Origin: a virus
Taxonomy: Duplodnaviria > Caudoviricetes
DNA length: 54,933 nucleotides
Strand: one strand, 5' to 3'
IMG/VR virus record: IMGVR_UViG_3300011440_000025
Span: 1 to 54,933 of that record
A model generated the notes under the pieces. It had not been told where the DNA came from and made no database searches. It was given only the letters and a program-made list of their open reading frames with translations. Positions 1 to 8,806 of this stretch are shown here, one piece after another. How positions within the stretch are numbered: the stretch's first letter is position 1; the number at the start of each line of letters is the position of its first letter. Both the position numbers and the translations under genes were made by a program.

Positions 1-10
1 TACAACTAAT

Positions 11-1342
11 ATGGAACTAACCAAGAATCAGAAACAGATCTTTAACCTTACCGAAACTACTAACGATAATGCTTTGGTATTAGGTAAGCCAGGTGTCGGC
101 AAGTCAGTATTAATAAACGAGCTCACGATGATGGGTAACAAGTCCTATACTTTAGGAGCACCAACTGGATTAGCAGCTCTTAATATAGACGGAAGGACAC
201 TGCACTCCATCTTCAAGATTCCTGTAAGCGATGGTATTATACACCCTACCTATAACAAATATCCTACAGAGATGGATAGGGCACATGGGTTTATTAAATT
301 TCAACTCAGGACTCTTATTATAGATGAGATTAGTATGGTCCGTTGCGATATAATGGATTACATAGATCGCTGCTTAAGACATGTTAAAGGAGACGACAGG
401 CCGTTTGGAGGAATCCAAGTTATAGCATTCGGTGACTTCTATCAATTGCCTCCAGTAGTAAAAGGATACTATGACCTGAACGCTTTAAAGTTAGCTGGAT
501 ACAAGTCTCCGTTTATGTTTGACTCTAGAGTATACAGGGAAGGTGGTTTTCAAACTCGTATGCTAAACGAAGTGCTAAGACAGAAGGGTGATCCGGATTT
601 TATTGACTTACTAGATTATGCAAGGGATGGAAACGTACCACAGAAAATGCTTACTAAGTTGAATAAGTTAGTCGGCCAGCCTTACGATATTCGTATAAGG
701 TTATGTGCGACTAATAAGCAAGCGGATATAGTAAATCAAAGTTATCTTGATATGATTCCGGAACCACCAGCTATCTTCTACGCAGAAAAGTTTGGAGAGT
801 GGCCGGCTAACCCAGCTCAAGATCAACTCACGCTTAAGATAGGAGCGCAGGTTATGGTTAAAAAGAATAGGGCAGACAAACCTCCACATCTACGTGGAGA
901 ATTTGAATCTAGGATAGTAAATGGAACGCTGGGCATAGTAACTGAAATCCATGATGCCCCAAGAGACGCTGAAGATTTTGATACAGAGCAGTGGGTGCGT
1001 ATTAAAACAAACGATGGACTTGAAGCTAAGATATATACGTCCAAGTGGGAACGTAAGAAAAAGGAACAGGACATAGATGGTAAGTGGACTGAACGAGTTG
1101 TAGCTTGGTATATTCAAATGCCATTACAATTAGCTTGGGCTATAAGTATTCATAAGAGCCAAGGGCAATCGTTCGATCTTGTCCATATAGACTCTAATAG
1201 GATATTCGCACCTGGTCAACTCTATGTGGCGTTATCAAGATGTAGATCGATGGCAGGTATCTCCTTGGAGACTCCAGTAACCTATAAACAATTCATGACA
1301 GACAGAGACGTAGTAAATTTCTTTAACTTAATAACCGTATAA
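11..1342 (+). CDS. Pif1/RecD-like SF1B DNA helicase
   Basis: GKPGVGKS Walker A, IIDEISM, FGDFYQLPPV, QMPLQLAWAISIHKSQGQS, GQLYVALSR. Confidence 0.93.
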   Translation: MELTKNQKQIFNLTETTNDNALVLGKPGVGKSVLINELTMMGNKSYTLGAPTGLAALNIDGRTLHSIFKIPVSDGIIHPTYNKYPTEMDRAHGFIKFQLRTLIIDEISMVRCDIMDYIDRCLRHVKGDDRPFGGIQVIAFGDFYQLPPVVKGYYDLNALKLAGYKSPFMFDSRVYREGGFQTRMLNEVLRQKGDPDFIDLLDYARDGNVPQKMLTKLNKLVGQPYDIRIRLCATNKQADIVNQSYLDMIPEPPAIFYAEKFGEWPANPAQDQLTLKIGAQVMVKKNRADKPPHLRGEFESRIVNGTLGIVTEIHDAPRDAEDFDTEQWVRIKTNDGLEAKIYTSKWERKKKEQDIDGKWTERVVAWYIQMPLQLAWAISIHKSQGQSFDLVHIDSNRIFAPGQLYVALSRCRSMAGISLETPVTYKQFMTDRDVVNFFNLITV

Positions 1343-1343
1343 T

Positions 1344-1532
1344 ATGGCACGACCTAAAATAAAAAACAGCAAGAATAGTTTTAATAACTATGGACTAAAG
1401 CCTGAAGAAGATAACGAGCTTCAAGCTTTGTTAGAAGAATGCGATCTGAGTGCGGGCCAAGTGGTTCGCGCTCTTTTAAGACAGTGGATAAAAGAAGGTG
1501 GAAGAGGTGTACTTAAATACTCAACAAAATGA
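1344..1532 (+). CDS. Small ribbon-helix-helix-like DNA-binding protein
   Basis: 62 aa; basic N-terminus, then a strand-helix-helix pattern (YGLKPEEDNELQALLEECDLSAGQVVRALLRQW). Confidence 0.55.
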   Translation: MARPKIKNSKNSFNNYGLKPEEDNELQALLEECDLSAGQVVRALLRQWIKEGGRGVLKYSTK

Positions 1533-1738
1533 ACGAACAAGAAATTTTCTTTTTCTCTATGGTTTCCCATAAGCAAGCAAAGGATGATCCAGAGAGATAC
1601 TGCAAACTAAGAATCGAAGCTACAGACTTAGGGGCAGTATCAGCCGTATTCGAAAAGATATTCAGAGCGGATAGGGCAGGGGTTATAACTAAAGCTATTC
1701 GTAAGGCTATACTAAAAGCTGAGCTAAAGGATAACTAA
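1529..1738 (+). CDS. Hypothetical protein
   Basis: ATGA overlap with the upstream gene; 69 aa. Confidence 0.65.
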   Translation: MNEQEIFFFSMVSHKQAKDDPERYCKLRIEATDLGAVSAVFEKIFRADRAGVITKAIRKAILKAELKDN

Positions 1739-1743
1739 AGTTG

Positions 1744-1796
1744 AAAACTAAGAGTTTAGTTATAAGGATCTATTTTAAAACTAAAACCTTAGTTTT
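1744..1796. promoter_or_regulatory. Two copies of the palindrome AAAACTAA-N4-TTAGTTTT (operator-like)
   Basis: 1744-1763 aaaactaa-gagt-ttagttat and 1777-1796 aaaactaa-aacc-ttagtttt; same motif at 54222 and 54472. Confidence 0.7.
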
Positions 1797-1949
1797 CGAG
1801 CCTAAAACCTAGTACGAAAACCTTCGTAATAGAGCCTTTTCGAATACCCCTCTGGCGCTGTCTAAATAGGCCCCCAGACTTTACCAGAAGCCCGTGGTTA
1901 CACGCTAGGCTAAAACCCGTAATACCCTACCTTTAAAAAAAAGTAAGCT

Positions 1950-2159
1950 ATGAAGTTAAAAGACTTAAAACCGTCAAAGGTCGTTCGTCCGTTCGTTACT
2001 ACTCCAAAACTCCTTATATATATAGAGCAAGAAGCTAAAAAGATTCTAGCCTATATAGTAGAAGTAAATGGAACGAAGAAACGATTTGAAATCAAGAACC
2101 ATAATTATTTGTTAACCTTTAAAAAATTAGTATCTTATGTCGAAAAAAATCTCAAGTGA
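1950..2159 (+). CDS. Hypothetical protein
   Basis: First ORF after the intergenic control region; 69 aa. Confidence 0.6.
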   Translation: MKLKDLKPSKVVRPFVTTPKLLIYIEQEAKKILAYIVEVNGTKKRFEIKNHNYLLTFKKLVSYVEKNLK

Positions 2160-2388
2160 AAACGCATACTCCAAACATTGGAAAGACATGCCAGAGTTTA
2201 AACAAAACGATCTTAGACCTATTAAACAAATTCTTGTATCTTTTGCTACACCTGAAAGCATTGTAAAATTTAGTAAGCTGGTTGGACAGAAGGTTCTTAA
2301 GGATACCCAAAGTATATGGTATCCTCAAGTACCTAATGTACCGCTTATGAATAAAAGATGGACAGACTCTAAACCTAAGAAGAAATGA
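2137..2388 (+). CDS. Small protein of the type found beside phage TET-associated glycosyltransferase/ParB clusters
   Basis: W-x-x-MPEF-x-Q...IxVxF...FxKLVGQ...SIWYP pattern, recalled from such clusters. Confidence 0.6.
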   Translation: MSKKISSENAYSKHWKDMPEFKQNDLRPIKQILVSFATPESIVKFSKLVGQKVLKDTQSIWYPQVPNVPLMNKRWTDSKPKKK

Positions 2389-2984
2389 TAACCCACGACC
2401 ACAAGTTAATTTTTATACACATACCCAAGTGTGCTGGTAGAAGTATAAGCGATGCGTTTAACCAAAGATTCGATCACTTTACAGCTCGCCACTACGCTAC
2501 GGAATATCCTGAATGCTTTCACGAATATACTAAGTTTACAGTTGTCCGTAATCCATACGATAGGTTAGTGTCGCTCTTCCATTATATTAAGGAGCACCGC
2601 AGGCATTCCACAGAATCCATCTACTGCGGTATGGATTTTAAAACGTGGTTAATCAGAAATATGATAGCCTATACTAGAGAGGCAAAGAAGGACTCTCCAG
2701 AATTGGAACGCGGAACAGACGGACAAGTAGGTAGTCCATTTCAATTCGCATCCCAGCAAAGTTTTTTAGGTACTTGGGAGAAACAATTTCTGGTATTCTT
2801 TTTTGAAGATATGAAAGCTGTAGCGACCTTCCTAGAAGAAAAAGGGAATGCTAAGCTAGGGCATTTAAATTCTTCTAAGCATCATTTTTGGATGGAGTAT
2901 TACGACTTGGAACTATGTGAGTTATGTCGATACTTCCCACCTATAGTAACTGATTGCAAAGCGTTTAACTATAAGCTACTATGA
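2385..2984 (+). CDS. Sulfotransferase (Sulfotransfer_2-like, PAPS-dependent)
   Basis: 5'-PSB motif FIHIPKCAGRS and 3'-PB motif FTVVRNPYDRLVS. Confidence 0.88.
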   Translation: MITHDHKLIFIHIPKCAGRSISDAFNQRFDHFTARHYATEYPECFHEYTKFTVVRNPYDRLVSLFHYIKEHRRHSTESIYCGMDFKTWLIRNMIAYTREAKKDSPELERGTDGQVGSPFQFASQQSFLGTWEKQFLVFFFEDMKAVATFLEEKGNAKLGHLNSSKHHFWMEYYDLELCELCRYFPPIVTDCKAFNYKLL

Positions 2985-4090
2985 AGTATGATTATCTTAT
3001 AGTAGGAGCTGGAGTATTTGGATGTACTTTCGCACATGAGGTGACTAAGCATGGTTATAAGTGCCTAGTCATAGACCAGCGTAATCACTTAGGTGGTAAT
3101 ACTTACTGCCTAGACATTAATGGTATACCTATCCATAACTATGGAGCACACATCTTCCATACGAATAGTGAGCTCTTATGGAAGTATGTTAATCAGTTTA
3201 CTCGTTTCGAGCCGTTTGTTAACTCTCCATTAGCTATGCGAAACAATAGGTTATACAATCTACCATTTAATATGAATACGTTCTATCAGATATGGGGTAT
3301 CGCTGATCCGGAAAAAGCAAGGCAACAAATAATAAGTGAACTAACGGATTATATAAACCCCATTAACTTAGAACAGCAATCCACTAACTTGGTAGGCACT
3401 ACACTCTATAATTTAATTATCAAAGGCTATACCCAAAAACAATGGGGCAGACCGTGTACGGAATTACCTCCATTTATTATCAAGCGCTTACCTATACGCT
3501 ATACCTTTAATAATAATTACTTTAACGACTACTATCAGGGTATACCAGAACAAGGATACAATCCAATGATTCAAGGGATGCTAAAGGATATTCCATACGA
3601 ACTTGGGACACCCTATACTAAAGGACATGATTATAATTGTAAAAAGATAGTATACACAGGATCGCTGGATGAATACTTCGAATACTGTTACGGTGTACTT
3701 CAATACCGCTCTCTAGAATTTGAGCACCATGAGACGTATACAAAGAACCATCAAGGAACTCCAGTTATAAATTATGGAGATGTGCAGATCCCTTATACCA
3801 GGTCCATTGAACATAAACACTTCTATAGGCAATTCACTAATAATAGTAGTGTAGTTTCAAAGGAGTTTCCGATAGAATGGTCGCTGGGCAAAGAAAGGTA
3901 TTACCCAATCAACGATACCAATAACCAAGTATTGTTTTTAAAGTATACGCAACTTGCGGATAAAGAAACGAACGTAATTTTTGGAGGACGTCTTGCCGAG
4001 TATCACTACTACGATATGCATCAAGTTATTGCCTCAGCTCTCAAAGCAGCCCATAAAGAAACCAACACACGCTATGAAATGCAATACTAA
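2981..4090 (+). CDS. glf: UDP-galactopyranose mutase
   Basis: FAD motif YLIVGAGVFG, YGAHIFHTN, GYTQKQWG, RYYPIN, GRLAEYHYYDMHQVI. Confidence 0.95.
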   Translation: MKYDYLIVGAGVFGCTFAHEVTKHGYKCLVIDQRNHLGGNTYCLDINGIPIHNYGAHIFHTNSELLWKYVNQFTRFEPFVNSPLAMRNNRLYNLPFNMNTFYQIWGIADPEKARQQIISELTDYINPINLEQQSTNLVGTTLYNLIIKGYTQKQWGRPCTELPPFIIKRLPIRYTFNNNYFNDYYQGIPEQGYNPMIQGMLKDIPYELGTPYTKGHDYNCKKIVYTGSLDEYFEYCYGVLQYRSLEFEHHETYTKNHQGTPVINYGDVQIPYTRSIEHKHFYRQFTNNSSVVSKEFPIEWSLGKERYYPINDTNNQVLFLKYTQLADKETNVIFGGRLAEYHYYDMHQVIASALKAAHKETNTRYEMQY

Positions 4091-4298
4091 ATTTGCTGGA
4101 TGTTTTAACCAGGAATGTTTAAAAGATTTTACATGTAAAGATTCTCTAAGAGATGATTTATATAGCTACTCCAACGATGAAATTATATTCAAGGCCTTGC
4201 TAGGTAACAAGAATCCATACGTTGAAGAATTGGCTAAACGATTTAAATCATTTACTAACAGTACTAAGGAAAACAATAAAAAGAAAAAGAAAGTATGA
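4074..4298 (+). CDS. Hypothetical Cys-containing protein
   Basis: Start moved to ATG 4074 (MKCNTK...); fills the gap between glf and the next gene. Confidence 0.5.
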   Translation: MKCNTKFAGCFNQECLKDFTCKDSLRDDLYSYSNDEIIFKALLGNKNPYVEELAKRFKSFTNSTKENNKKKKKV

Positions 4299-5116
4299 AT
4301 CCAAGCTATCCAGTATATATAATAAGTAAGGGCAGGTGGGAGAGTCGGTACACCGCCAAGACATTAGACTATATGAAAGTGCCCTATAGAATTGTTGTTG
4401 AACCGCACGAGTATCTTAAATATGCCGCAGTTATCAATTCCAAAAAGATATTGGTACTACCTTTTAAAAATGTAGGGTGTCCTATACCAGCTAGAAATTG
4501 GGTATGGGAACATAGCATTGCTGAGGGCCATAAGCGCCATTGGATACTCGATGATAACATAAGCTACTTCTTTAGGCTCAACCATAACATGAAGATACCC
4601 GTGGACTCTGGTACCATATTTAAAATATGTGAGGAGTTTACAGATCGCTACACGAACATAGGTCTTAGCGGTATGCAGTATTTTATGTTTGCTAGTCGTA
4701 AGGCAAAACAAAATCCGTTTATATTAAATACACGAATCTATTCTTGTATATTAGTAGACAACTCATTACCTTTAAGATGGAGAGGTACATATAATGCAGA
4801 CACTGATCTAAGCATACGAGTATTACAGTCAGGATTATGTACCGTATTATTCCAAGCCTTCCTATGTGGTAAGATGCAAACGATGACCGTAAAGGGTGGT
4901 ATGACGGACTCCCATCTTAATAATGGTAGATTGAAAATGGCAGAGTCACTTAAGAGGCAGCACCCAAAGCTAGTTACTATAAAAGATAAGTTTGGCCATC
5001 CCCAACATGTAGTTGACTATAGCGCATTTAAGGATAACAAACTTATTTTTAAAAAAGGAATTAATATAAAAGACGGAATAAACAATTATGGACTTGAACT
5101 AATTAAACTACACTAA
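4295..5116 (+). CDS. TET-associated (TAGT/GREB1-like) GT-A glycosyltransferase
   Basis: YPVYIISKGR, IVVEPHEY, ARNWVWEHS, HWILDDNI, RIYSCIL, WRGTYNADTDLS, KGGMT. Confidence 0.85.
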   Translation: MNPSYPVYIISKGRWESRYTAKTLDYMKVPYRIVVEPHEYLKYAAVINSKKILVLPFKNVGCPIPARNWVWEHSIAEGHKRHWILDDNISYFFRLNHNMKIPVDSGTIFKICEEFTDRYTNIGLSGMQYFMFASRKAKQNPFILNTRIYSCILVDNSLPLRWRGTYNADTDLSIRVLQSGLCTVLFQAFLCGKMQTMTVKGGMTDSHLNNGRLKMAESLKRQHPKLVTIKDKFGHPQHVVDYSAFKDNKLIFKKGINIKDGINNYGLELIKLH

Positions 5117-5120
5117 ACCC

Positions 5121-6833
5121 ATGGGAAATTTTATAGCAGTAGACATCGAAACAACCGGACTCCATCCGATACCTGGTAAGTCAAAGATATTTTGCATTAC
5201 TCGTAACGATGGAAAAAGAATGACGCTCCACGAAAACATAAAAGATATACAGCACGAGTTGGAAGATCCATCTATTATTAAAATAATTCATAATGCAAAG
5301 TTTGATTGCCTCTGGTTAAAACGAATGCATGGAATAACAGTAACTAATATATGGGACACGAGAGTAATGGAACAAGTTATACTGGGAGAGAATTTACCAC
5401 GGCGTGAAAAAAACGTCGAAAAATTAAAGGAGCTCAGTTCGTCTCTTCTATGGACACTCCAGCGGTATGGTTTACCAGCACTCGAAAATAAAGAAATGGG
5501 AAAGTCATTTACTGAACGTCCTATAGATAAACCACTTACACAAGCTGAACGAGATTATGCTATAAACGACGTGCGCCATCTTCCTCAATTAATGGTAGCT
5601 CAGATAAGTAGAATACAAAAGCTTGGACTACAGAAGGTAGCTGCCCTTGAAAATAAGTTAGTTGAAGTACTTGTCGATATGGAGGACAGGGGCATTGGCT
5701 TCGATAAGAGTATTTGGTTGGGTATAGCGAGACAATATACACAGGAATCAAAAGACTTATTAAAACGACTACCATCTGATGTTGCTAACTGGGACAGCCC
5801 ATCGCAAGTAAAAAAATACTTTGCTAAGCAAGGGGTGTTAATAGAATCCTATAACGAGCTTGAAGAGTTGGGTCCACGATACAATAATCCTATACTAAAT
5901 AAGTTTATTGAATACCGCGCATACTATAAAAACTTAACAACTTATGGAAGTAGTTGGTTAGTAGATGATGAGAAAGGTAGTACATTAGATCCTGATGGGA
6001 GAGTCAGAACACGTTATGAGCAAGTAATGAATACAGGTAGGTTATCTTCAGCCCATCCCAACCTACAACAAATTCCCGCAAACACTTTACACCGCACCGC
6101 TTTTATACCTAAGAAAGGACACGCGTTTATTATCGCAGATTTTAGTAACCAAGAAATCGGTATAGCAGCTGCCGCATCCAAAGAGAAGATATGGATAGAT
6201 ACTTTATTAAGGAGAGATGATATACATAGTCTTACAGCAAGTATAATATATCCAGAGAGATGGGCAAAGGGAAAAGAAAAAAAGTGCGCCTTTCCTAAAA
6301 AATGTAAATGCCCACATCACTTAGCTCAACGACAAGATGGAAAAGTATTTAATTTTAAAATACTGTATGGCTCTGGACCTAAATCTATTGCCGAGTATTT
6401 ACAGATACCATACTATGACGGGGTGGCTGTACTAAGTAAATTCAAAAGAGTCGTTCCATCCCTCACAAATTGGTTAAACACTAACGTAAAGAATAGCATT
6501 AAAGAAAGGATATCATATAGTGCAGATAAGTATAGACGTAGGCGGACGTTGAGGGATCCAGAAGATTGGATGGTCAGAACAGTAGCCATGAATAACCCTA
6601 TTCAAAGTTGTGGCGCTAACATGATCAAGCTAGCGATGGTATCACTTCCTAAAGGAGCACCTATAGTATTATCAGAACATGACTCGCTTGTTCTAGAGGT
6701 ACCCAAGAAAGATGTGAAGAAGTGGTCGAAGATACTCAAAACGACTATGGAAAAGGCAGCTGACCATTGCACAGATATAGTTGGTTTAATAGAGGCAAAA
6801 CCAAGAGAGGCATATAATTTACTTAAAGACTAA
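5121..6833 (+). CDS. polA: Family A DNA polymerase with 3'-5' exonuclease domain
   Basis: Exo I DIETTG, Exo II HNAKFD, Exo III YAIND; TGRLSSAHPNLQQIP; motif A ADFSNQE, motif B RQDGKVFNFKILYG, motif C EHDSL. Confidence 0.95.
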   Translation: MGNFIAVDIETTGLHPIPGKSKIFCITRNDGKRMTLHENIKDIQHELEDPSIIKIIHNAKFDCLWLKRMHGITVTNIWDTRVMEQVILGENLPRREKNVEKLKELSSSLLWTLQRYGLPALENKEMGKSFTERPIDKPLTQAERDYAINDVRHLPQLMVAQISRIQKLGLQKVAALENKLVEVLVDMEDRGIGFDKSIWLGIARQYTQESKDLLKRLPSDVANWDSPSQVKKYFAKQGVLIESYNELEELGPRYNNPILNKFIEYRAYYKNLTTYGSSWLVDDEKGSTLDPDGRVRTRYEQVMNTGRLSSAHPNLQQIPANTLHRTAFIPKKGHAFIIADFSNQEIGIAAAASKEKIWIDTLLRRDDIHSLTASIIYPERWAKGKEKKCAFPKKCKCPHHLAQRQDGKVFNFKILYGSGPKSIAEYLQIPYYDGVAVLSKFKRVVPSLTNWLNTNVKNSIKERISYSADKYRRRRTLRDPEDWMVRTVAMNNPIQSCGANMIKLAMVSLPKGAPIVLSEHDSLVLEVPKKDVKKWSKILKTTMEKAADHCTDIVGLIEAKPREAYNLLKD

Positions 6834-6835
6834 AT

Positions 6836-7621
6836 ATGAAATATCCAATTTACATTCCATCTAAAGGAAGGGCAGATAACCAAAAAACAGTTAAGCTGCT
6901 CGAAGAAAACAATATCAAGAACTACAAGGTGGTAGTTGAAGAAAACGAGTATAGTAAGTACAACGAGTTTATTAGTGTTCGGAACCTTCTGAGGTTGCCC
7001 AGCTCCAACTATGGAACAGTATCCGTTGCTCGCAATTATGCTATAGAGCATTCAAAAAAGATGGGGTACACAAAGCATTGGCAACTGGATGATGACATAG
7101 GAAAAATATACCTACATGATAAAGGTAAGGTAATCCATGAAGATATAAACAAGGTGCTTTCGGATATAGAAAACACCCTAGAGAAAAAACAATTAAGTCC
7201 TATATTACTTGCTGGACTTACCACATCTGCATCCTTCTTAGCGAGTAAAACAAAGGACTATACGTTGAACACATCCCTAACTTCGTGTGTTCTTATAACT
7301 AATACACCGTTGAGGTTCCGTATAAAGATGCTAGAAGATACAGACTATCAACTACGCATACTTAAACAAGGCGGTTCCATATTAAAATTTAATAACTACG
7401 CATTTGCATACACGACTCAGCTAAAACAAATTGGAGGCTACACTAGCATATATAACGATACGGCTAAACGCATGGAAGGTTTGAAAGAATTTTTAGATCT
7501 GTATCCTGAAGTGTCTCCGGAAATTATTAAAAAGCCAAACGGTATGCTTAAGATTAAAAACATACGATTCGTATGGGCAAAATATAAAAAGAATAATCAA
7601 ATTTTACTTAAACATCTATAA
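6836..7621 (+). CDS. Second TET-associated (TAGT/GREB1-like) glycosyltransferase
   Basis: YPIYIPSKGR, ARNYAIEHS, HWQLDDDI, EDTDY, GG motif; paralogous to 4295-5116. Confidence 0.8.
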   Translation: MKYPIYIPSKGRADNQKTVKLLEENNIKNYKVVVEENEYSKYNEFISVRNLLRLPSSNYGTVSVARNYAIEHSKKMGYTKHWQLDDDIGKIYLHDKGKVIHEDINKVLSDIENTLEKKQLSPILLAGLTTSASFLASKTKDYTLNTSLTSCVLITNTPLRFRIKMLEDTDYQLRILKQGGSILKFNNYAFAYTTQLKQIGGYTSIYNDTAKRMEGLKEFLDLYPEVSPEIIKKPNGMLKIKNIRFVWAKYKKNNQILLKHL

Positions 7622-7623
7622 AC

Positions 7624-8253
7624 ATGAAAAAATCAAACATTATTTGGGACTGCATTAAAGTAAGTGTACCTAAGATTAAACCAACGCCTAACAATTTTAA
7701 ACTCTTCGATGAGGAAGGGGCTGCGGTATTCCGGAACTCACTTGACTCATTTGGTAAGGCAGGTTCAGTTATTATTAATAAGGACTACACATTGATTGAT
7801 GGCAATACTAGGTGGAAGGATGCAGTAGAAAACAAAGAGAAATTTCTTTGGGCTTCTATTCCATCACGACTGCTTACGGCCAAAGAGTTCAACGTCATGT
7901 CGGCCATATTCGATAGGGCACGTGCTGGACAAGTAGATACCCTACGCATAAGTGAAGAGTGGTCAAATCAGAAGGGTAATACGAAGTCTTTTTTCAAAGC
8001 CTGGGGTATACCAATGCCTGAAGAAGTATTAAAGAAACTTGAGGATATGGAGAATGGAGTAATCACCCCGGACAAAAAGAAGATAACCGAAAAAGAAATA
8101 CATGATGTGGACGTGATGCCTATTACATTAATTTTTACACCGGCCGAACACAAGAAGTATATGGAGATAGCAGAATCATTATACAAACGTTTTAAGGTTG
8201 ATAATGTCACCGATCTTACAATGAAAGCGATGATCTATGTCAAAAAAAATTAG
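7624..8253 (+). CDS. ParB/Srx N-terminal domain protein
   Basis: IKPTPNN...SLDSFG...VIINKDYTLIDGNTRW resembles the ParB-N GxxR motif. Confidence 0.75.
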   Translation: MKKSNIIWDCIKVSVPKIKPTPNNFKLFDEEGAAVFRNSLDSFGKAGSVIINKDYTLIDGNTRWKDAVENKEKFLWASIPSRLLTAKEFNVMSAIFDRARAGQVDTLRISEEWSNQKGNTKSFFKAWGIPMPEEVLKKLEDMENGVITPDKKKITEKEIHDVDVMPITLIFTPAEHKKYMEIAESLYKRFKVDNVTDLTMKAMIYVKKN

Positions 8254-8302
8254 TTTTTTAATTCGTCCGTGCTTTATTATATTTATATCCCCTTTAGACT
8301 AA

Positions 8303-8806
8303 ATGATAAAGTTTCATATATTTTTCGCTCTGGGTAAATCGGCTTCACTTACGTATGCATACGATGTTACTTGGCGAGCAATCGTCAACTCTATACTCAA
8401 GGACCCACCTAGAGAAAAACATAAGTGCCCAGCTCTAGTCCTTAATAGGTTCAATACTATCAACGGCTCAATCCGCAACCAGTACATACTCCTCAAACAA
8501 ACTACCGGGTATTATGGTATAGACATTGATGACGTTGATAGTATAAACTTTGTTAAGCGACAACTATTCGAGTTCGTTCCCGAATTAAAAATTGTTTGGA
8601 CCAGCCACAGTGGTCGTGGTATCAAAGCAATAGGATACAATCCAATTTTAAAAAACTTAAACCCTGAAGAGTACAAAGCAAGATACAAGTTAGTATGTAA
8701 TAGTATTAAACAACAATGTGGTATTCGAATACATTTCGACCTAGCACAAGGCAGGTGCCACCAACCAGTCTTTCTCAATAACGATCCAAATGCATATACA
8801 CGATGA
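8303..8806 (+). CDS. BT4734/VirE-N-like primase domain protein
   Basis: GYYGIDIDD and WTSHSGRGIK motifs; directly upstream of a VapE-like ATPase. Confidence 0.7.
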   Translation: MIKFHIFFALGKSASLTYAYDVTWRAIVNSILKDPPREKHKCPALVLNRFNTINGSIRNQYILLKQTTGYYGIDIDDVDSINFVKRQLFEFVPELKIVWTSHSGRGIKAIGYNPILKNLNPEEYKARYKLVCNSIKQQCGIRIHFDLAQGRCHQPVFLNNDPNAYTR

